A stretch of 64,000 nt of DNA, taken from positions 156,291-220,290 of the forward strand of contig DF237002.1 in the NCBI GenBank assembly GCA_000708835.1. Reading direction: 5' to 3'. The notes beneath the pieces are model-generated. The model saw only the letters and a list, made by a program, of their open reading frames with translations, ran no database searches and had not been told where the DNA came from. The DNA is from Klebsormidium nitens. Lineage: Eukaryota > Plantae > Klebsormidiophyceae. This document shows, one piece after another, positions 56,623 to 64,000 of the stretch. Position 1 is the first letter of the stretch. Every line of letters starts with the position of its first letter. The translations under genes and the position numbers were made by a program.

Positions 56623-59600
56623 TTAAGGTCCTTTTTGTCGCACCTCCTCAAAATCCCCCCGCTGCGCATCCCCCCCAAGCTTCGCTTCCCGTTTCTCCAC
56701 CGCTTGCGCTTGAGCGTCAACGCTTACTGTCTCTGCCTCCACCTCCAAACCAGTCTCCGTTTCACTGACTAACCCATTTTCTACCCCGCTTTTTACCCCT
56801 TCCTGGGCTGTTGCACCGCCTTCTTGCACCTCAAGCAATGTCTCGTCCCGAGATTCTGGTTCTGGGGGCGCTGGCGGCTTTGTGTGCTCTAACGGTTGAG
56901 CGGGGTCGACGAACTTGGCCTGAGTCAAATTCCTGTTTGGATCGGGGAACCTGGGAGCCGAGAATGGAATAGCGTGAGGCGGAGCGGGCTAAAAGCACAT
57001 TGACAAACAAATTGAAGAGCTATAGACGCGCACAACCCGTGAATGATGAAAGGTCGACGGGACACAGGTTATAGTGGACAGAGCACCAGAATTGAAGGAA
57101 CCTATTTGCATTATGCATGGCACCGGTTTGGATCTTGAGTGTCGATACAAGTTCAGGCAGTTGGAAAGAGCAACATCTTTTTGGGCCACAAAATTTCTCG
57201 GGGCTCCTGTCCCGACGTCGAAGCGTTCCGTTGTAGAAAAGCAACCGCAGATTGTCCCAAAAGCAAATAATCGAGCAACGGCACGTGCTGCCGTTTCGAC
57301 CACAAGCAACACCCGCTACTTTGCGAGCGAGCAGCACGTTGGAGTTTGAGTATCAGGGACAATCCCCATTGCCAATCTGCAAGGTCCCTTTCCAAAGTTT
57401 GTCACACCATACTGTTCCTCCTCGGAATGCGCCGCGAATACAACACAACAACAGGACAACCCGACGCTTGCAACTTCAGTCGGAAAGCCGTTTCGTCGGC
57501 GCACGTAGCCCTCACCTGCCCGCCTGCACCTCCGCGCAGATGTGGAATGACGTCATGTTGACGAGGTCGATCCCGGCCATGTCGAGGAACTCCTGCAGCG
57601 GGCGCACCTTCCCCAGCCCGAACCGCTCCAGCTCCGTACGATCGAACTCGGCGTCGGCGGGAAGGGGCATCCCGAGGATGTAGCGGATTCGCCGCGCGCT
57701 GATTTGCTGGATGCGGTAGCGCTCGCCCCAGTCTATCTCCCAGTACTGCGCCAGAAAGGAGCGGTTTGGTGCATTTAGTATCTTAACAAGAGATGGTCAG
57801 AGCAACGGGGCAAAATTTGATGCTCCGAAAATTCGCCCATTGTTGTGGACGAGGAGAATGTTCGCCGGTCGAACCAGTAATCAGAATCAGCTTCCTTACT
57901 CGGCCCGAATGTGAAATTGGCCCGATTCTAATGAGATGCACCGAGGTGCAAAGTTCGCAACGGATGAAGGTGTGAAGCACACGAATCGGAGCGAAGACTG
58001 CACGCAAGTACCTTTCGGGGGGGCAGCAGACACGGGTGGCAGGTGAACACTGGCCCCAAAATTGAAGAACCATAAGACCCCAGGACGCGGATGCAAGAAC
58101 TGAGCAGCCATCCGCAATCAACCGCCCTTCCGTTGGATTCCCAGAGGAAACCTACGAAAGGAGAGGCGCCGAAGAGGCTGCTCACCTTGTTCCGCTTATA
58201 CCGGCTCTCGTACACGTGAAAGACGATGTCCGTGAAGGGCGCGTATACGTCGTAGCCCCACGTCCATAAGCGGGCGGCCGTCGAGAACTCCTCGCCGTCG
58301 AACAGATAAGGGGTGTAGGGATCGTACGGAACGTCCTTGATTGCCTGGGTGGTGGAAAAAGAAATGCCGGCCGTCCAAAAGGGCACCTTGATGGGGTGCC
58401 CCGGGTTTCTGACGAACTGGGCGGATTCACACCTGTAAAGAGTTGGGTTACAAGGTGGGTGAGAACAGGCGCCTTGCGCCCAAGGGACAAAAGAGCACCT
58501 TGATGGGGTGCCCCGGATTTTGACAGACTGGGTGGATTCACACCTGCGGAGAGTTTAGGTCAAAATGTGGGTGGAAACAGGCCAGGAAAAGTCTTTGAGA
58601 TTGCGTGCCTCTCATGGGGCTGCTTGTTCGGAATCCTGACGGTTGAATTCGTTGCCCGGTGGAGGGTCTTGAGGTTCAAGCCATCTGTCTCCTCTTCAGG
58701 CTGCCGCTTTCCATTCACCTGATTGTGGCTACACGAAAATCCTCTGTGGAAACTGGTGTAGAGACAATTGGACGTCCGCTGAGCTCCATCATCAAAGGAC
58801 GTCAATACGGTTCAAGCATATAAAATGCTTCGGTTCCTGAAACATCCTTGATTGTTGTTCATTTGGCAATCATTGCTTTAATTGCTCGTGCTTCACGCAT
58901 GTGGAAATAGTCACTGGTATCTTCAGCAACCTAGCATTTCTCCGACAAAAGTCCGGGGCCCAAAACCCTAGGGTAAGCAGCTGTGTGAATACGCACCTGG
59001 GCATGTCCGATGCGTCATGGACGTATTTGATCTGACAGATGATGGCCACAATGTCCGGAATGTAATCGAGCTCAAACCCTTCCAACGGCGGGAGCGGCCC
59101 ATTGGGGCTCATGTCCGTCTCGTCGATCCTCCGGTAGTCGACGGCCTCGGTCATGTCGAACATCATGGGCAACTGCGAAGAAGTAGTGTCAAGATTAGGA
59201 GTGGCATAGCTGTGCAAAAAGCTAACACAAATGAAGCGGATCGAAACTCATTCTGTAACGCGGAATGTGCGGCAGAGGGATGCGTCCGTTTGTAGTCGAC
59301 GGCCTCGGTCATGTCGAACGTTGTGGGCACCTGCTGAAGGATATGGTGTCACAACTTTGTGTAACGAGGTTGTGCGGGAATGCTTGACACGACGTGAATC
59401 GTCTCAAAAGATCTGGATAGGAACATTCTGACGAGATACTTGCGGCAGAGGAGACCGCATGGTCGATATTCCGAAAGTCGACGAACTCGGTCTTGTCGGA
59501 AAGCATGGTAACCTGCAAACGGAGGGGGGGTGCCAAAAGTGTGAGAGGCGGGGTTCTGCAAAACGGACGCAACGTAGGTCGGACCAGACATGGTTTTGCT

Positions 59601-62600
59601 AGAAGAAAGTGACAAGAGATATGTTGATGCGCAAGCAGTGGACGGCTTTCATCGTGTCGAACACCAGTGGGACCTGCGGAAAGTGTTATCGAGAAATAGA
59701 CCAGCGGGCTAATGCGAAAGGTTTGACAATCCCAATGCGGGACGTCGAGAGAGGGACGCTGCGAAAGAAACGAATGTCAGAGCTGCATTTCGCACGTTTT
59801 GACACTACCTGGGTCATCTTGAAAGGAATTCTTAACAGTTCAAAGTCGAGATCACTCGACCATTGTCGGCATGTGGTTGAAGGGTCTGCGCGTGAAGCAC
59901 TCGCCTAACCGCGTCAGACTGTTAACTGGGGGAAGAACTGGATCTCGACAGAGTCAATTCAAATGAGGGTCTTGACAGGTGGTGTGCAAGCAAGCGAGCA
60001 CGATATTTGGCGAGGCCACATATGAAATGTAGGCTTTACTCGTCGTCAAATGGACACGCCCCCAATAATTCAATTGCGGCTGGACTCAATACGAGCTTGA
60101 CAAAGACAACGGTCGTCCAAACGAACACGAGGACCTTACTAGATTCTGAGATGGTCTGAAGGTGTTCGTAACTGACAGTGACCCCTTGGCCGCATTTCTG
60201 CTGACAATATCTCAGCTTTGATGACGAGGATCCAGACCCGTCGCTTTCTGCGTGATAAAGCCTGACACCTTCGCGCAGGGATGGGAAAGAGATCTTTTCG
60301 CAGCCACGACTTCCCCTTTCACATCTCCCGCTGCTTTTTCTCCATTTTGAATCAGCTTCTACCCAAGTGACCGCCATAGACTCACAATGTTAGGATTCGC
60401 AAACATTTTGAGGGCTTCGCAATTACACAAAGCGAACCCGCAAACTCGGGCTCTCGCACAAACCGCTAGAGACGGCTTACCTGCACCACGCCGTCCCCTT
60501 TGGGCACTTGCGGATGCGGCCGCTTGAGCCACTCGGGCATGCGCGTGTGTGGCACGGGGTACGTCCCGCTGATCACTGCCTTGGCGTTGCCGGTGGCCTT
60601 CCAGTTGCGCAGGATCTCGACGTCCCACGCCCAGATGAAGTGGCTGTGGCTGTCGACCTGCAATTAATGTGGGGCCTTGTTTGGCAGCCGCTCTGGAGTT
60701 CGACGTTCTAAAAACGTAAGAACGTGAAAGTGGGTCACGAAATTGAAGGCGTTGTCAAATCCCCACCAACGGCAAAAGCAGAGGAAAGAGGCGGTCCCGA
60801 GTTCGGCCAAGAAGAAGAGTGAAAGTTGATCCTGCGAACAGAAAGAGTTGCCTTTTTTGAGGTCGTTCATACCAAACTTCGGGGCATTTGTACACTACAT
60901 ACACGACGTCGGTGCTTGTACTATTGCGCGAGCTTGGGAGGCTTAGAGTAGTGCAACAACAGACTCTTCGTATCCATGATTCGTAAGAATAAAGTAGCAA
61001 AGAGAGACGTCACAACCAAATCTAGTCACAACAAAACTCGCAAAACGACATTGCAAAACGACATTGATGTCTACCTAATCAGCGAACCCACATTTGCAGA
61101 ACTCATTCACACTGGCCCACGGGAGGAATGATATAAGTAGACCGCTACGATTCACATTCCGGGCATTCAACGAGCTGAAGCATCCCAGGCCCCATTGCCC
61201 GCTCTGTACCACAACCGAGCCACACAGTGTCGAAACATTCAAACACGTCCCTCATCAGCCAGCTTCCTCACCTGGAGAAAAAACGTTTGATCTCCGACCA
61301 GCGTTTGCGTGTAATACCGTGCAACAGTGGGCCCCATACCCTCCATAAAGCCGACCCGCTTGATCGCCACACGCTTCAGACCCGTGCAGACTTGCGCAAT
61401 CTCCTCGGGGCTCGCCTTGAACCATGGCCGGTTGGCCTTCTCCTCCGGGGAAGCAAGCACCATTGCAGAGCGGTTCTGCAGGGGATAACCTAGCTCGGTT
61501 AGCTAGGTTCCGAAGCGACCAACCAAGCTCGATTGGCGATGGTTTTTCAGGAATCGAGCAGATGTAATGGAAGGATCCCCAGGCAAATCTGGGCTAATGG
61601 GGATTTCGTGAAAGAAATGTGGGTTGATCGACACTGCCGCTGACATGGGTTGTTTCGGAGCGATGCTTAGCTCTTTTGGTGGTGAGAGTTTCCTAACCAA
61701 GAAAAGGGGATTACTCGACGGTGGTGCTCACTGATCTGTTGCTGAAAGAGAATACCGTCTTGTAAGTTGGTGGTATGAGGTCGTTTATAAAGTGTAGTGA
61801 GGTGCTGGGGCTCTTTGCAAGAACTTCCTACTCTGCAGTGCGGACAAGAGCCATTTTGGAGTCGGGATCAATGTCTGAGAATAGAAATCTTCAAGCTAGA
61901 AGAACAGGTAGAAGCAGGTCCTGGGGACAGGTGTAACGTCGAGAGACGATACATTCTCCACTCTATCTCAAAGGCCGGGGGCTGGGTATTCAAGGATGAG
62001 GCTGGGATGGGCGCCCCACAAGTAAAGCACAAAGCGCCAGAATAATTTTCAAGCACTGCAAAAAACAGCCACATTGGTGCAGATAAGATTGCAGGTGTGC
62101 CAAGATGCCAGCAAATTGAACCACACTTGCTCAAAAGGTCCACAAAGGAAAGTTGTGCACATGGCTTGGGTCAAAGTCTGGTATTATCAAACTTTTTAAC
62201 GTAAAAAAGACAGCACCAGCTCCAAGAAGCGTGCATTATGCACATAGTGTGGCCCAAGCGTTTCACAATGCCACCACCAATCCGTGACACTCCATCATAA
62301 GTACCTTGAATTGCAGACTGATTTATGCAATGCTAGCCACGTTCTTGACTACAGACCAAACCAGGTTACATATCCCTCACCTGTGGGGGACAAATCACAT
62401 GCTGAAAAGCGAGGCAGTCTTGGTCCTCATCCGCGTGCTGCTGGTAAATCCCCAACGAGACCCGCTCCGGATTGGCGGCCATAGAGAAAGCGGACCAGAC
62501 GGTGTCCTGACAGTCTGGGTCCCTATAGGCAGCCATACCAACGAAGATTGTCCCATCCCAAAGAACAGGATCACCCTTCGGCCTGTCTCCATTGAAGTCC

Positions 62601-63106
62601 CGGGCACTCAACAGGCGTGAGCGCACCCTCCCCCTCGGGGTTTCCTCTGGCACTGGCTCCCGCTCTCTTACTTGTACTTGGGAGATTTCAGTGTTGTCTT
62701 CAGCTGGTTCTTCTACTGATTTGACTTCAGTGGGTTCAACCTCCTCGAGGCGATCACCCTTCTTTTCTTCTGAGGATTGTGTTGACTGCCCTTCAAGTGT
62801 GTCAGTCCCATCTTCAAGAGTCGTCTGTGCCTGCTCAATGCTTTCCCCCTCCACATTTTCTAGCACAGGACTGGTGATCTCTTTCAAAACCTGATCCTCC
62901 TCTCCATTTAGCTGCACCTTGCCCCCCACAGCAGCGAGAGCATTGGTCCGCGCCGCTTGGTCCATGGACTCAAACACAGAGCTCGTGAAGTTGCCGGGCA
63001 TGTGAGGAGCAAGAAACAAGATCGAAACCCACAGGATCACGAACCCAATGATCAGCTTGCGCTTTGGCAACCCGCAGGGACTGCAAATCCCCGCCCGCTT
63101 TGCCAT
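56623..63106 (-). CDS. GT60-family polypeptide/Hyp alpha-N-acetylglucosaminyltransferase (Gnt1/Gnt2-like), type II membrane, about 695 aa, 7 exons
   Basis: Exons (minus): 63106-62381, 61475-61272, 60657-60481, 59172-58997, 58432-58186, 57745-57516, 56950-56623; in frame (2088 nt). N-terminal TM (LIIGFVILWVSILFLA), acidic stem, then TIFVGMAAYRDPDCQDT, SLGIYQQ, GMGPTVAR, FLQVDSHSHF..WD, PFWTAGISFS, YDPYTPYLFDGEEFS.AARLWTWGYDVYAP, FGLGKVRPL, matching the GlcNAc-transferase (GT60) signature as recalled. Confidence 0.88.
58433..58560 (-). repeat. 111-bp duplication of the acceptor plus start of GT60 exon 5
   Basis: 'ccgcag|gtgtgaatccacccagtctgtcaaaatccggggcaccccatcaaggtgc' versus the true 'ttacag|gtgtgaatccgcccagttcgtcagaaacccggggcaccccatcaaggtgc'. 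Confidence 0.92.
59173..59690 (-). repeat. Three degenerate copies of the acceptor plus start of GT60 exon 4 in intron 3
   Basis: Starts at 59330 (cag|VPTTFDMTEAVDYKR), 59512 (cag|VTMLSDKTEFVDFRNID) and 59673 (cag|VPLVFDTMKAV), versus the true exon at 59172 (cag|LPMMFDMTEAVDYRRID). Confidence 0.88.
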
Positions 63107-63709
63107 CTTTGCGGAGCGCCTATCAGCACTTCCTGGAATGGGCAATCGTCAGCATGTCTAAGGGAGGCAATGGCATTCGTAGGTTAGCTAATGCCGCCTA
63201 GCACCCCAATTGCTCACCGTTGACCAATCCTGAACCATGCTTTGATTTTGAGCGAGGAGCTCAATACAGCACTGCTGCAAGAAGACTGGTCAGATTAGGG
63301 TTTCCATCAATGCTCATATTTGGCAAGTGGATTCAGAAGGGTAGCGGCGTATACTGCTTCTATAAGCGCACCCGTACACGGTGGTTTTTGAAAGAAACAT
63401 GGTTTGAAATGAAGACCTCGGAGTCCAGTTGGTCCTCTTTTCAAAAGTTCATTCTCCACCACATATTGAGAACTTTCAGCTGGTTCATAAGAGGATTGCC
63501 TGTAGCCTTTGCTGGGGAATACTACGAGCGTATGATTGTTCAGGTCATTTGACAATGGCGCCAGTCCCCATCTTCCACAATGAGAGCAAGGAGGAGGGAC
63601 TCAGCCCAGGGAGGCACTCGCTGAACTTGACGAGAGGATGACGCAGCGGCAGACGCTTTGAAGGAGCTTCTCAAGATCTGATCAGTGCTGTTTGAGTGGC
63701 ACGCTCACT

Positions 63710-63948
63710 ATGGCTGAAGATGGCGCGAAGAATCCTTTTGACCCGACCGCGGAGGAGGACCATTCGGTCGTCGAGATGTCATCCATAGCTCTTGACTCGC
63801 CAAGTGCCAGGCCCCTTTCACCAACTAGGAGGAGAGTGAAGATCGCAAGTACGGTCTCAGATGCCAATGGGACAGGTTCGCCAGCTAAGAGTGGGTATGA
63901 GAGCATCACAAACGCCTCCCCTGCGGAGGGTGCCACCAGCAGTCCTAG
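63710..63948 (+). CDS. Probable first coding exon of an unidentified gene, truncated by the window end
   Basis: ATG 63710, MAEDGAKNPFDPTAEEDHSVVEMSSIALDSPSARPLSPTRRRVKIAS..., Ser/Pro-rich, ends at a good donor cctag|gtgagc. Head-to-head with the GT60 gene. No domain recognised. Confidence 0.5.
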
Positions 63949-64000
63949 GTGAGCATCGATGCAGATTCCAAGACTTGCTTGCATTTGCACGCCATGGAAA

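Overview
Eukaryotic, intron-rich genomic DNA with GC3-rich exons and mostly 250-900 nt GT-AG introns. Gene content and style suggest a streptophyte green alga such as Klebsormidium (inference, not verified). Spliced models built by hand from the sequence: (+) DNA topoisomerase II, 30 exons, 1513-18728; (+) a secreted Pro-rich protein with a 12-Cys C-terminal domain, 20411-21887; (+) AP-5 beta-1, 23669-28281; (+) cyclin J18-like, ~29575-31910; (-) a C-type lectin/4xEGF receptor-like kinase, 33000-41746; (-) a selenocysteine-lyase-like PLP enzyme, 43508-51218, head-to-head with (+) ankyrin-RMT2 arginine methyltransferase, 51627-55670; (-) a Golgi-type GT60 GlcNAc-transferase, 56623-63106; and the first exon of an unidentified gene at the right edge. 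The most striking unexplained structure is that six introns in four unrelated genes contain degenerate tandem copies (about 85-190 bp units) of the adjacent splice junction plus the neighbouring exon end. Other highlights are a selectin-like RLK that keeps an EPN sugar-binding motif, two enzymes (SCLY-like, GT60) not typical of land plants, and a TOP2 with an atypical cleavage-core sequence. No rRNA, tRNA, CRISPR array or recognisable transposon ORF was found.
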